Shown here in pieces: positions 25,208 to 35,412 of a stretch of DNA of 64,000 bases (its first letter is position 1; the number at the start of each line of letters is the position of its first letter). Source of the stretch: an uncultured cyanobacterium (GTDB lineage Bacteria > Cyanobacteriota > Cyanobacteriia > Cyanobacteriales > Nostocaceae); assembly GCA_963740315.1 (NCBI GenBank), contig CAVUDP010000001.1:832001-896000 (forward strand). The letters run 5' to 3'. A program made the position numbers and the translations under genes. The notes beneath the pieces are model-generated. The model did not search any database and was not told the DNA's origin. It was given only the letters and a program-made list of their open reading frames with translations.

Positions 25208-25612
25208 ATGAGACAGAAATTAAATATAGTGACTTTGGGAGTCAAAGATTTAAAGCGCTCTTTGAAGTTCTATATAGATGGGCTGGGATGGAAGCCATCG
25301 ATCGCAAGTACGGAAAATATTGCTTTCTTCCAGATGGGTGGTGTTGTGCTTTCTCTTTATCCACGAGAGAAGTTGGCTGAAGATGTAAAAACTAACTCTG
25401 GTGGTAACGGCTTTTCTGGAATTACGCTTGCTTACAACGCGAAAGAGGAAGCGGAAGTAGATGAAGTACTTAAAAAAGTAGAAAATTTGGGAGCAACTAT
25501 CGTCAAAAAAGCTGAAAAAGTTTTTTGGGGCGGTTACAGCGGATATTTCGCGGATTTTGACGGACATTTATGGGAAGTTGCCTGGAACCCGTTTTTTGAG
25601 TTTGATGAGTAG
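25208..25612 (+). CDS. VOC/glyoxalase family protein
   Basis: VTLGVKDL..S..FY, FWGGYSGYFAD.DGHLWEVAWNP. Confidence 0.9.
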   Translation: MRQKLNIVTLGVKDLKRSLKFYIDGLGWKPSIASTENIAFFQMGGVVLSLYPREKLAEDVKTNSGGNGFSGITLAYNAKEEAEVDEVLKKVENLGATIVKKAEKVFWGGYSGYFADFDGHLWEVAWNPFFEFDE

Positions 25613-25669
25613 GACAATCTCGTACTACCTTAAAAATAGTAAACGCAAAATTTAGCAAAACAATTTTTC

Positions 25670-26536
25670 ATGGAAACCACATCGGCTGTATTGCCTCCAT
25701 TTATTATTTTGGATAATCATCTCAAAGAGTGGTTGCGAGAAGATATCGGTAGAGGCGATCGCACTACGCAATGTCTTTTAACTCAAGATGAAGCGGAAGG
25801 TACGGCACGGTGGGTAGCCAAAGCTAATGGTGTGGTGGCTGGATTACCTATTGCTGGTAGAGTATTTCAACTTTTAAACGAAAAGGTTGATTTTAATGCC
25901 TTGGTGAAAGAAGGAGAATTTTGCGAGCAGGGGAAAGTTATAGCTCAGATAAAAGGCTCCCTTGATGCTTTGTTGACGGGGGAAAGAGTAGCTTTGAATT
26001 TGGCGATGCGTTTGAGTGGTATTGCAACGCTGACTCGGAAGTATGTTGAAAAAATTGATAATTTACCTACTTTATTTGTAGATACTCGCAAGACTACACC
26101 AGGTTTGAGGATTTTAGAAAAATACGCTACTCAAGTTGGCGGTGCTATTAATCATCGGATGGGTTTGGATGATGCGGTGATGATCAAAGATAACCATATT
26201 GCTGCTGCGGGTGGAATTGGGAAAGCGATAACTTGTATTCGTGCGCGGATTCCTTATCCTTTAACTATAGAAGTAGAGACAGAAAATTTAGAGCAGGTTA
26301 AAGAAGCTTTGGAATATCAAGCTGACATTATTATGTTGGATAACATGAAGCTTGATATGATGCGCGAAGCTGTAAAAGCGATTCGTCAGCATGATATAAA
26401 AGTGAAAATTGAAGCTTCTGGTAACGTAAATTTGGAAACTATCCGCGCTATAGCTGAAACTGGGGTTGATTATATTTCGAGTAGTGCGCCGATTACTCAG
26501 TCAAAATGGTTGGATTTGAGTATGAAAATTTATTGA
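25670..26536 (+). CDS. nadC: Nicotinate-nucleotide diphosphorylase (quinolinate phosphoribosyltransferase)
   Basis: DTRKTTPG, HRMGLDD, IKDNHI, IMLDN, EASG. Confidence 0.96.
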   Translation: METTSAVLPPFIILDNHLKEWLREDIGRGDRTTQCLLTQDEAEGTARWVAKANGVVAGLPIAGRVFQLLNEKVDFNALVKEGEFCEQGKVIAQIKGSLDALLTGERVALNLAMRLSGIATLTRKYVEKIDNLPTLFVDTRKTTPGLRILEKYATQVGGAINHRMGLDDAVMIKDNHIAAAGGIGKAITCIRARIPYPLTIEVETENLEQVKEALEYQADIIMLDNMKLDMMREAVKAIRQHDIKVKIEASGNVNLETIRAIAETGVDYISSSAPITQSKWLDLSMKIY

Positions 26537-26564
26537 GACGAATACATCATATATAGAAGTGAAA

Positions 26565-27319
26565 ATGAAAGCTTTTTTTACACTAATTTCTACCGAACCC
26601 GCGCACAGTGCCCCTAATTTATAATTATGGGGGTGTGGTGCGCTCGCGACTAAAGGTCGCCAGTTTCATCGCTTTTCGTGATATTATTTATCTAGCGGTA
26701 AAGCGCACATTTAAAAAGCCTAGCAGGTCTAGCGGACAGACCCCGATCCGGAACCCTGGGGGCAATAAGCCCAAAATCTTGTATAAATATGGGAGTCAAA
26801 GCAAGAAATTGAATAAATAATTTCAAACGCGGTCGGGCAGTCCGTGTGAGCTTGTGGACGTATCTAAACGGGGAGATTTGAATAATCGTATTTAGATTTC
26901 TAGAGCGGACGGATGAAGCAAGAATCCCCATCAATAAATTGAAGGGGAGTGTCAAAATACCAATTGCGATCGCATTAACGCTGCTTCCATCTACTCAAGC
27001 AAATGCTCAATACAATATTCAATGGAAAGCCGTACCGGGAACTGCTATTTTAAGAGAAGGGAATCCAAAACCTCAACCGGATTATATTGGTACAAATACA
27101 ACAATACGCCGAGGTGAAAACGTTGTATTTGATGCCTATGTTGATGGACAATATGTTTTATATGCTGGCAACTGCCGCAGGCAAATGCTTTATCGTTTAA
27201 GTATTGGAAGCTTTGATAACAAACGTCAGCCTCAAAATGTCAAACCATATCCCAATGAAAAATGGTTTCGAGCAAATAATTTTCAAAAACCCATACTTAC
27301 AGCAGCCTGCTCGCAATAA
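26565..27319 (+). pseudogene. Secreted hypothetical protein interrupted in its signal peptide by a mini-IS
   Basis: 26565-26593 joined to 26956-27319 is in frame: MKAFFTLISTIPIAIALTLLPSTQANAQYNIQW...; may still be expressed from TTG at 26939. Confidence 0.7.
26594..26955 (+). mobile_element. Non-autonomous IS200/IS605 derivative (no tnpA/tnpB ORF) with omega-RNA-like right end
   Basis: Left-end hairpins; TnpB-tail remnant AVGQSV*ACG...RMKQESP; right end GAAT-CCCC..GGGG-AGTG-TCAA; no target duplication; excision restores the host ORF. Confidence 0.85.
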
Positions 27320-27871
27320 TCAATTACTCACAATCATTTCTACAGATACAGCTATATCTGGAAACGCCAACGGGTAAATCTTCCCTTCGGTTATTGTAGA
27401 TTTTGAAGCGTATTCCCCATCTGATGGTTGCCTAAATATAATTAAATGTCTTTTTTTCAGATTTACCACCCAATATTCAATAATTCCAACTTCAGCATAA
27501 ATCTTAGTTTTCGTTTCCAAGTCTTTCTCTAAACTGGAATTGGAATATTCAATTAACCAGAAAATATTTTCGGGATAAGGATGATGTTCTAAATATTCGC
27601 GTCCTAATGGTTTAACTATAGCAATATCGGGTTCGGGTTCGGAATTATTTGGAAGCGTAATCGGTTTTGCTTGACGAATTTTTGCAAGATTATCCAATAG
27701 CTTAGTTAAGTATTCCCCAGCTTCAGTACTAAAATAAGCGTGTGGTTTCCCTTCAGGTGACATCTCTACAATTTCTCCCCTTAATAATTCCACGCGACGA
27801 TTATCAAATATTCCCGCTTCAATCATCTGGTGATATTCTTCGATCGCCCATTTGGCTAGAGTTACTGTCAT
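27320..27871 (-). CDS. Uma2 (DUF820) family putative endonuclease
   Basis: RVELLRGEIVEMSP, SEPEPDIAIV, GIIEYWVVNL. Confidence 0.9.
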   Translation of the reverse strand: MTVTLAKWAIEEYHQMIEAGIFDNRRVELLRGEIVEMSPEGKPHAYFSTEAGEYLTKLLDNLAKIRQAKPITLPNNSEPEPDIAIVKPLGREYLEHHPYPENIFWLIEYSNSSLEKDLETKTKIYAEVGIIEYWVVNLKKRHLIIFRQPSDGEYASKSTITEGKIYPLAFPDIAVSVEMIVSN

Positions 27872-27932
27872 AATTAGTCTCCCATAATATGTAATTTAAT
27901 TTTATCTAAAATATATTATTGAAAGCTTTGTC

Positions 27933-28907
27933 TTAATTTACAAGTTGCAACTTCGCGATCGCACTAAGATGATCTGAACCTCCTCCTTTACCAACATAAG
28001 CATCAACGGTTTGAAGTTGTTTTGTATGCCAAATATAATCAATTCTGCCAACAGGAAAAAATCTACTTGGGTATGTATGTCCGAAACCCCATCCTGCTTC
28101 ATGAAAACTATCCTTCAAGGCATTTTGCATTTGAGAATAAGTTTCTGATGTATCGGTAAAGTTACAGTCGCACATAACTATCATCGGTTGATCGTATTGT
28201 TTTACAATGTTGCTTAAATAAGACACTTCCGCAGCCCGACTTTTGTACCAATACTCAGCTAATTGCATAAATTTATTCAGAGGGTAATTTGGAGTCAGAT
28301 GTGCAACTATTGCCTCTATTGGTTCCCCATTATTTAAACGAAGCGTTACTTGAATTCCTCGCTGTATCGGTGGTGCGGGCAAAGCAATCAATTTATCAAT
28401 CGGAAAGCGACTTAAAATACCTACATTATGAGAAAGTTCAACGGGATGAAAAGCGCTGTAAGGATAATATGCAGCAAAGCGTTTCTTTAAGATAGGTGCA
28501 GTTTGCGATCGCACTTCTTGTAAACCAATAATATCAGGTTTATTTTCAGCAACCATTTTAGCGATTGAATCATAATCATCATTATTAAAAAGCATATTGA
28601 ATGTCATTGCTTTTATAATTGGCTGATTTTGAGTAATGGGAGCAGATAAAGACGGTAGAAAAAAAGAACCGTACAAACCAATAAATAAACCCAAAGGAAA
28701 ACAAAGCGCAAAAAATAACCGCCAGTAACGACATAAGAGGGCAAATGGTAAGAATATAATTAATGGAACGAAAATATATAGAGCTACAGTGTTAATTAAC
28801 GCCAACCACCAAAAACTATCGAAGAAAAGGAATCGTAATAAAATCCACAGACAAAATAAAACGACGTAAAGCCATCCAAGATTAGAGATAAATTTAGAAA
28901 TACGCAT
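27933..28907 (-). CDS. Endonuclease/exonuclease/phosphatase (EEP) family membrane protein
   Basis: N-terminal TMs, DIIGLQEV, CDCN, RIDYIW, GSDH. Confidence 0.88.
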   Translation of the reverse strand: MRISKFISNLGWLYVVLFCLWILLRFLFFDSFWWLALINTVALYIFVPLIIFLPFALLCRYWRLFFALCFPLGLFIGLYGSFFLPSLSAPITQNQPIIKAMTFNMLFNNDDYDSIAKMVAENKPDIIGLQEVRSQTAPILKKRFAAYYPYSAFHPVELSHNVGILSRFPIDKLIALPAPPIQRGIQVTLRLNNGEPIEAIVAHLTPNYPLNKFMQLAEYWYKSRAAEVSYLSNIVKQYDQPMIVMCDCNFTDTSETYSQMQNALKDSFHEAGWGFGHTYPSRFFPVGRIDYIWHTKQLQTVDAYVGKGGGSDHLSAIAKLQLVN

Positions 28908-28937
28908 GAGAAATTTAATATAAGGTTTATTGGTTTT

Positions 28938-29918
28938 CTATTGATTGTTATAATCTACTTTATTTAAAATAATTTGAATAGCATTTAAAATCACTTCTGG
29001 ACTATCAACCCAAACAAAGTGGTCACTTTTGGGTGCTTGTAATTGAATGCAATCGCTAGATAATTTGAGTAATTCGGCGTGCATCTTTTCTCGTAGTTGA
29101 TTAGCAGCTTTTAACGGTAAAGCAAAAGTCCATATAGAAGGCTTGAAGAAAGAATCGGCTTTAATACTAACTATAGGTAATGCACCAAATTGATTTGCTT
29201 TACTCACATGACGGGCACTAATATCAAGAGTTAATATTTCTTGAGTCATGGTAATCCAATGTTTCACTCTACAAAAAGAATGCTTAATTGGATTGAGGGA
29301 ATGTTGAGAAAATTGGCGTAATTCTGGCTTGATAAATTCAAATGCTCCAATTGTTTTCAGCAAACGGATAATACCAAAGATCGAACCCAAAATTGACATC
29401 ATAAATCCTGAAGCAAAGAAAAGCTGCAAAATTTTTAAACTCAAAGGCATATTGAGCATTCCAGCTTCGTGGAGTCCATCTGTCAACACCATTCCGACAA
29501 CCTTTCCAGGATATTTATGTGCATACAGCCGCACGTTGTAACTTCCAAAAGAATCTCCCACTAAAATATATGGTGGTTCGATTCCAGCCCTATTTAAAAG
29601 GGTATCTAGTTCCTTAACAATATTTTCGCTGCTTCTTTGGAAAGGGCTACGCTGGCTCCAACCATATCCAGCGCGATCGTAGATGCATACTCGTGCAATT
29701 TTAGCAATATCTTCGATGAGTAAATAACCTTCAATTCCACCCAAACTATGGTCTAATACAACTGTTGGAAGGGATTCACCCATCGTATATAAATGTAAGT
29801 TATAGCCTCCAATATCAATAAGTTGCCCTGGAGGAGATTTTTTATCTTCAATCCAGGTTGCTATAGTTTGATAGATAGTAGTTGCGATTAGGATAAGATA
29901 ATTTATTGGAATATCCAT
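28938..29918 (-). CDS. Alpha/beta-fold hydrolase
   Basis: YDRAGYGWS, GDSFG nucleophile elbow, C-terminal SDH. Confidence 0.88.
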   Translation of the reverse strand: MDIPINYLILIATTIYQTIATWIEDKKSPPGQLIDIGGYNLHLYTMGESLPTVVLDHSLGGIEGYLLIEDIAKIARVCIYDRAGYGWSQRSPFQRSSENIVKELDTLLNRAGIEPPYILVGDSFGSYNVRLYAHKYPGKVVGMVLTDGLHEAGMLNMPLSLKILQLFFASGFMMSILGSIFGIIRLLKTIGAFEFIKPELRQFSQHSLNPIKHSFCRVKHWITMTQEILTLDISARHVSKANQFGALPIVSIKADSFFKPSIWTFALPLKAANQLREKMHAELLKLSSDCIQLQAPKSDHFVWVDSPEVILNAIQIILNKVDYNNQ

Positions 29919-29993
29919 TTATGTGACAATTTTTGTTTTCTCATGCAATATAACTTAGAGTTACTGCGTTTGTTTTATCAAGCTTAAATTAAT

Positions 29994-30680
29994 ATGGAAT
30001 CTCACATCGAAGTTATCGGAGAATCTAAATATTTAGAAACAGTACAAAAATACGTTGCCGATATCAATATAATTGTATGGACAAATCGCACGAAAATTCC
30101 TTTAAATGAAGTTACTGTTCTACGGAATCTTTGTATTGAAGCTTTATTATCAAATGGTTTAAAAGAATTTGAATTAAAAGAAGGGGGTATGGATATACGG
30201 GAACGCTCTTTAAATCGTCGAAGAATTAGACAAGAAGCACGTCAGAAAATGATTATCTCTTGTTCCGATCTATCTCGTTTAATTATGGCTGTATCTACAT
30301 TAGAGAGATTATTCAAAAAACCTCGCTATTCATTTACTTTAGATATGCGTCAGACTGTATTTAGCGCAAGTTTAGAAGTTAAGGAACAAGCAAAAAAAGA
30401 AGCGATTAAAAATGCTTACCGTCATGCCAAACTTTTAGCAGAATCAGCAAATATTGAAATTAAAAATATTACTCAAATAGAAGAAATGACTCCAATTATA
30501 GGAGAATCCGAATCTAATCATGAGTTAGAAGATATAGTTGTTACGACATCAAAAAGTGATGCAAATTATCGAAATCTTGAAAATGCTGTTCGCGAAATAA
30601 CGATTCGATATCGAGTAAGTTTTGCAATTAAATCGTTGTCTGAAACCACAGTGCGATTAAATACCGCCGATTTCAGCTAA
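29994..30680 (+). CDS. SIMPL (DUF541)-like protein
   Basis: IEVIGES N-terminus, AKKEAIKNAYRHAKLLA, terminal ITIRYRVSF strand. Confidence 0.65.
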   Translation: MESHIEVIGESKYLETVQKYVADINIIVWTNRTKIPLNEVTVLRNLCIEALLSNGLKEFELKEGGMDIRERSLNRRRIRQEARQKMIISCSDLSRLIMAVSTLERLFKKPRYSFTLDMRQTVFSASLEVKEQAKKEAIKNAYRHAKLLAESANIEIKNITQIEEMTPIIGESESNHELEDIVVTTSKSDANYRNLENAVREITIRYRVSFAIKSLSETTVRLNTADFS

Positions 30681-30903
30681 AAACCCCGTGTTAAATCGCT
30701 TTTTTATATCAAGCTGGATAAGTAAATATTTTCACCAGCAACTATATATATAGATGTACCAAACCGCCAGCAAAGAATACTAAGCGGTAGAATACATCTG
30801 TCAGATTGTAGAATTTTAAGTCAGCTACAAAGTCCTAAAATCAATTAATATGCTTTTTTGTATTCCTAAAGAGTAAGCAGTAAGATTAAGAGAAAATTTA
30901 CAT

Positions 30904-32664
30904 ATGAACGCTACACAAGAACATCTAAAAGAAAAGTTAAAACAGGCTTTAGGTAAGGCTTTCGGTGATGAATATGCCGATACCGATCCAATTTTAGTTC
31001 CTGCGTCAAATCCCAAGTTTGGCGATTTTCAAGCAAATATGGCTTTGTCTTTGGCGAAGAAGTTGGGAAAAAAGCCGAGAGATATTGCACAAGAGGTAGT
31101 AGATAATCTTGATGTCTCCGATATTTGCGAGAAACCAGAAATTGCTGGCCCCGGTTTTATCAATTTACGGTTACAAACATCTTATCTCGAAGCCGAGTTA
31201 AATTCGATTCAAACCGATGCACGTTTGGGAGTACCCACCGCAAAACATCCCAAGCGCGAGGTTGTAGATTTTTCCAGCCCGAATATTGCCAAGGAAATGC
31301 ACGTCGGACATTTGCGCTCTACTATTATCGGTGATGCGATCGCACGAATTTTGGAATTCTGGGGACATAATGTAATCCGGTTAAATCACGTTGGTGACTG
31401 GGGTACGCAGTTTGGAATGTTGATTACTTATCTCCGGGAAGTTTCACCCTCAGCGTTGACTACTGCGAATGCTTTGGAAATCGGAGATTTAGTTAATTTT
31501 TACAAGCAAGCCAAAAAACGGTTTGATGAAGATGATGAGTTTCAAGAAAAATCTCGGCAAGAAGTTGTCAAATTGCAAGCAGGAGCAGAAGATACAGTTC
31601 ATGCTTGGAAGTTACTTTGCGAACAATCGCGACAAGAGTTTCAGATAATTTACGATTTACTGGATATTAACGTAGAAGAAAGAGGTGAATCTTTCTACAA
31701 TCCTCTGTTACCGGAAGTCGTGGAAGATTTAAATAAAACTGGATTATTAGAAGAAAGCGATGGTGCAAAAGTTGTATTTTTAGAAGGATTTAAAAATAGA
31801 GAAGGAGAACCTTTACCGTTAATTGTACAAAAATCCGATGGCGGTTATAACTACGCAACAACAGATTTAGCAGCATTACGTTACCGGATACAAAAAGACG
31901 AAGCCAAAAGATTAATTTATGTCACCGACGCTGGACAAGCAAACCATTTTGCAGGAGTTTTTCAAGTAGCAAACCGCGCTAATTGGATTCCCGAAGATGT
32001 CGAAATCGTTCACGTACCCTTCGGTTTGGTATTAGGAGAAGACGGGAAAAAACTCAAAACTCGTTCTGGAGAAACGGTAAGACTGCGGGATTTATTAGAT
32101 GAAGCAGTTTCTCGCTGTCGTAATGATTTAGAAACAAGGTTGAAAGAGGAAGAAGGAAGAGAAGAAACAGAAGAATTTATTGCTAACGTTGCCAAAGTTG
32201 TGGGAATCAGCGCGGTTAAATATGCCGATTTGAGTCAAAACCGTACTGGTAACTATAAATTTAGCTTTGATAAAATGCTTGCGCTCAAAGGTAATACCGC
32301 ACCTTATATGCTTTATGCTTATGCACGAACTCAAAGTATTAGTCGTAAAGGTGATATTGACTATAATAACTTGGGTGACAATATCAAAATTATGCTCAAA
32401 GAAGAAGCTGAATTAACTTTAGCAAAACATATCTTACAACTAGATGAGGTTGTTGCTGAAGTTGAGCAAGAATTGCTTCCGAATAGATTATGCGAATACC
32501 TTTATCAATTAAGTGAAAAATTCAACCAGTTTTTTGAGAATTGTCCGGTTTTGAAATCGGAAGAGCCTGTTAAAACATCGCGGTTAGCTTTATGCGATTT
32601 GACAGCGAGAACTTTGAAATTGGGTTTAAACTTGTTGGGAATTGAGGTTTTGGAGAGGATGTAA
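30904..32664 (+). CDS. argS: Arginine--tRNA ligase
   Basis: [36 protein letters not shown], terminal ERM. Confidence 0.98.
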   Translation: MNATQEHLKEKLKQALGKAFGDEYADTDPILVPASNPKFGDFQANMALSLAKKLGKKPRDIAQEVVDNLDVSDICEKPEIAGPGFINLRLQTSYLEAELNSIQTDARLGVPTAKHPKREVVDFSSPNIAKEMHVGHLRSTIIGDAIARILEFWGHNVIRLNHVGDWGTQFGMLITYLREVSPSALTTANALEIGDLVNFYKQAKKRFDEDDEFQEKSRQEVVKLQAGAEDTVHAWKLLCEQSRQEFQIIYDLLDINVEERGESFYNPLLPEVVEDLNKTGLLEESDGAKVVFLEGFKNREGEPLPLIVQKSDGGYNYATTDLAALRYRIQKDEAKRLIYVTDAGQANHFAGVFQVANRANWIPEDVEIVHVPFGLVLGEDGKKLKTRSGETVRLRDLLDEAVSRCRNDLETRLKEEEGREETEEFIANVAKVVGISAVKYADLSQNRTGNYKFSFDKMLALKGNTAPYMLYAYARTQSISRKGDIDYNNLGDNIKIMLKEEAELTLAKHILQLDEVVAEVEQELLPNRLCEYLYQLSEKFNQFFENCPVLKSEEPVKTSRLALCDLTARTLKLGLNLLGIEVLERM

Positions 32665-32667
32665 ATT

Positions 32668-32798
32668 GTAGGGTGTGTTGTCGCAACAGCGCAACGCACC
32701 ATAATTTTTTAATAATCAGATGAAAATGGTGCGCTAGCCGCGAAAAATACATATTCCGTTATAATCAAGATTAATTATCGCGCCATAACACACCCTAC
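32668..32798. repeat. Inverted pair of GTAG REPs (REPIN-like) between convergent genes
   Basis: Plus copy 32668-32700, minus copy 32728-32798. Confidence 0.75.
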
Positions 32799-34963
32799 AA
32801 ATTACTTTTTTCCAAATCTTCTATAATTCCCAACATTAACTGTATTGCTTGATAATACTCTTGTAAAGGTGCTAATCGAAGCATACTTTTAAATAAATTT
32901 GGTTCAAAAATTCCTTCGGGATATTCTATGGCAATGTATATCATGTCATCTACAAAAGAAACATAAATATTTCTATTAAATTGTTTACAAAACCTAACTA
33001 GCTTTTCTATCAAGCTGGTAGATAAAATATTATTTGCTTGTACTTGGTCTTCGCTGTAAACTGTAAATAAAGAATTAAACTCGGAATTTTCAAGTTTGAT
33101 AAATTGTTTTTTACCGTAATATAGCAAGTTTATCTCGGTTTCTAATAATTTTGGTCTAATTACTGTCAATGCTTGAGATAATTTATTAGATTTAGCAGTA
33201 AAAAATAAGCCTTTAAAAACTTGAGTATTGTAACTTTGATTTTTTAGTACCTCAATTTGGAAACGTTGGAAATCAATATTTTTACCGTATATGATTCGCT
33301 TAATTAAATAGGGTATCCCTTTTGATAATCGAAAAGCGAGCAATGAAATTGCTGCAAAAAAGGAAACTACGGGTACTGTTTTGACATTCTGTTTTTTATT
33401 TATATTGTAAATTTTCGTCCAAGGATAATTTGTAGCTGAACTAATATTAACTGTGGATAATCTGATATCTTGAGTATTTATCTTTCCACCGATTATATTA
33501 TTTTGGTGAATAAAATTAGGTTCAAAAAATGCATTGAAGAGTTGACTTTTACCTATATCGAAAAGAGTTCGATCGTTTTCTTTCTCTGAAGATACTGTTG
33601 ATATATTTAAATGTTGATTTGGATCGATAAATTGATATAGGTTTTTAATTATCTTATCATCCAGTTTATAAGTAAAAGCTTTAAATACACAATCATAAAA
33701 CAAAAAATAGATAATAGAAAATGTTATAATTAGTAACAAATAAATTAAATTTGGGAATTGGGAAAAAAAGAATAGTATAGTCAAAGCAGTAATATTACAA
33801 ACAATAATTATTGCTATTGCTTGTTTTCGTCTGATTTCAAATATTTTCAAATTATTCAGTAAACTTTGTTGATAAAATTGCTCAAATTCATCAAGCGTTT
33901 TTAAACGAAATGGTTTTAAAATAGATTTTGAAGTTGGAGTTTGAGATTGAGTATTTACGATAACGGTTGATTTATCAAAATTTTTTATTTCTAAAGCTAA
34001 ATCCTCTGTTTCAATAAAATTTTCAGGTGGATTTTCACGAAAAAGATCGGTAAATAATAATTCTCTTGCCCATCTGTGACTAAGCTTATCCTCGCTTGTT
34101 ATTAATTTTATGCAAAGTGAAGTAGCTCGTTCAAATTCTCCACTATTTTGATAAAAATGCACTAAATATTTACTAGCTTGTAGATATTCTCTAGTTCCCG
34201 GTAAAGTACTTTCACAATATTCTTCAAGGATTTCAAATGCTTCAGCATAATTTTTATCTATCAACGCATTATATCCCTGTTGATAAATAACTGATGCTTC
34301 TCTGGAAGTTAATAATTCCGTATTGTTTTCTGTATTTCTTGTTTTTTTATATTTGTTATTTGACAAAGAAGATAGATATTGATTTGCAATTAATCGACTT
34401 ATATAATGATTGCTGTTAAGAAGTTGATTGCAAAGCGCGATCGCATTTTTTGATTGTCCGTTGGCATGGTAGGCTTCAATTAATAATACTTGTGCGTAAA
34501 GATGTTCTTTAGTATTAAATTTTAGACTTTCGCAAGCTGTTTCTAAAGTTTCTACAACATGAGAATTACTTCCAAATTCTAAATAGTCATTTATTGAATG
34601 CAATACCAACTTTGCAGATTCACTATCCCAAAGCGGCTGATTATCGCTCTCAATAACTTCTTGTGGTAGCGATTGATAAGCTTCTGGAGATAAATAAGCA
34701 AGTACCCGTTTAGCCCATTTTCTTACTTGAGGATGTCCGTTTGTGGCTAATTCCTTAGTGTGTTGAATTGCTTTAGCTTTGTCTCCGAGATAACCGTAAG
34801 CTTTGACAATGTGTTGTTGTGCGTAAATATATTCTGAAAAGTTAGCATCGGAATCTGTTTCATAGTTTTGACAGTATTCTTCCAATAATTCTATCGCGGT
34901 AGAAAAATTTCCACGCTGAATTGCACTTACACCTTCGATAAGTGTATTTAAGGTAGATGACAT
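32795..34963 (-). CDS. DUF3137-like membrane protein with three N-terminal TPR-like repeats
   Basis: Repeated LEEYC..EY..A..LV..Y...G...A..LC..L units; C-terminal FKGLF, LENSEFNSLFTVYSEDQVQA. Confidence 0.7.
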   Translation of the reverse strand: MSSTLNTLIEGVSAIQRGNFSTAIELLEEYCQNYETDSDANFSEYIYAQQHIVKAYGYLGDKAKAIQHTKELATNGHPQVRKWAKRVLAYLSPEAYQSLPQEVIESDNQPLWDSESAKLVLHSINDYLEFGSNSHVVETLETACESLKFNTKEHLYAQVLLIEAYHANGQSKNAIALCNQLLNSNHYISRLIANQYLSSLSNNKYKKTRNTENNTELLTSREASVIYQQGYNALIDKNYAEAFEILEEYCESTLPGTREYLQASKYLVHFYQNSGEFERATSLCIKLITSEDKLSHRWARELLFTDLFRENPPENFIETEDLALEIKNFDKSTVIVNTQSQTPTSKSILKPFRLKTLDEFEQFYQQSLLNNLKIFEIRRKQAIAIIIVCNITALTILFFFSQFPNLIYLLLIITFSIIYFLFYDCVFKAFTYKLDDKIIKNLYQFIDPNQHLNISTVSSEKENDRTLFDIGKSQLFNAFFEPNFIHQNNIIGGKINTQDIRLSTVNISSATNYPWTKIYNINKKQNVKTVPVVSFFAAISLLAFRLSKGIPYLIKRIIYGKNIDFQRFQIEVLKNQSYNTQVFKGLFFTAKSNKLSQALTVIRPKLLETEINLLYYGKKQFIKLENSEFNSLFTVYSEDQVQANNILSTSLIEKLVRFCKQFNRNIYVSFVDDMIYIAIEYPEGIFEPNLFKSMLRLAPLQEYYQAIQLMLGIIEDLEKSNL

Positions 34964-35249
34964 GATTAAAGTTGGTTGTTAAATTGATCGGGTAAATATA
35001 AATTTAGATGTTAATAGAAGGGATAAATCCCTTACTACGAGCAAATAAATAAGATTTTTATATTAATATTATATGAAGTGTTATTTTGACGGTATAAGGG
35101 TGTAATTACGCAATTAGGTGTAGAGACTTCGCACTGCTACGTCTTCATAAACTTTGGTTGGTGTTAGATGAAAGTTATTATTTTAAGCTAATTATAATTA
35201 GTTGAAAAAATATACACCTGGCGATTAAGAATATTTATAATTTTTATTT

Positions 35250-35312
35250 GTAGGGTGTGTGACGCTTGAATAAATTTGGCTCGTAACTAAAAGAATAGTA
35301 GCGTCACGCACC
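35250..35312 (+). repeat. GTAG-type REP with long loop
   Basis: GTAG GGTGTGTGACGCT-(33 nt)-AGCGTCACGCACC. Confidence 0.75.
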
Positions 35313-35412
35313 AACGACAAACTACGGTGAAATCGAAACAATATGCCGCACCTGGCGATTCAAATCGCGGCTACACAGGGGAAACCCACCTTAGTGGGTT
35401 AGGAAAATTAGT

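Noticed and set aside
26740..26775. GGAACCCT..GGCAAT resemblance to group I intron P/Q elements (IStron idea)
   Set aside because: No recognisable R/S core and the element ends in TCAA rather than a terminal G; the resemblance is too short.
26608..26955. ORFs of 70 and 87 aa inside the mini-IS
   Set aside because: No transposase or RuvC motifs; likely chance ORFs in structured non-coding DNA.
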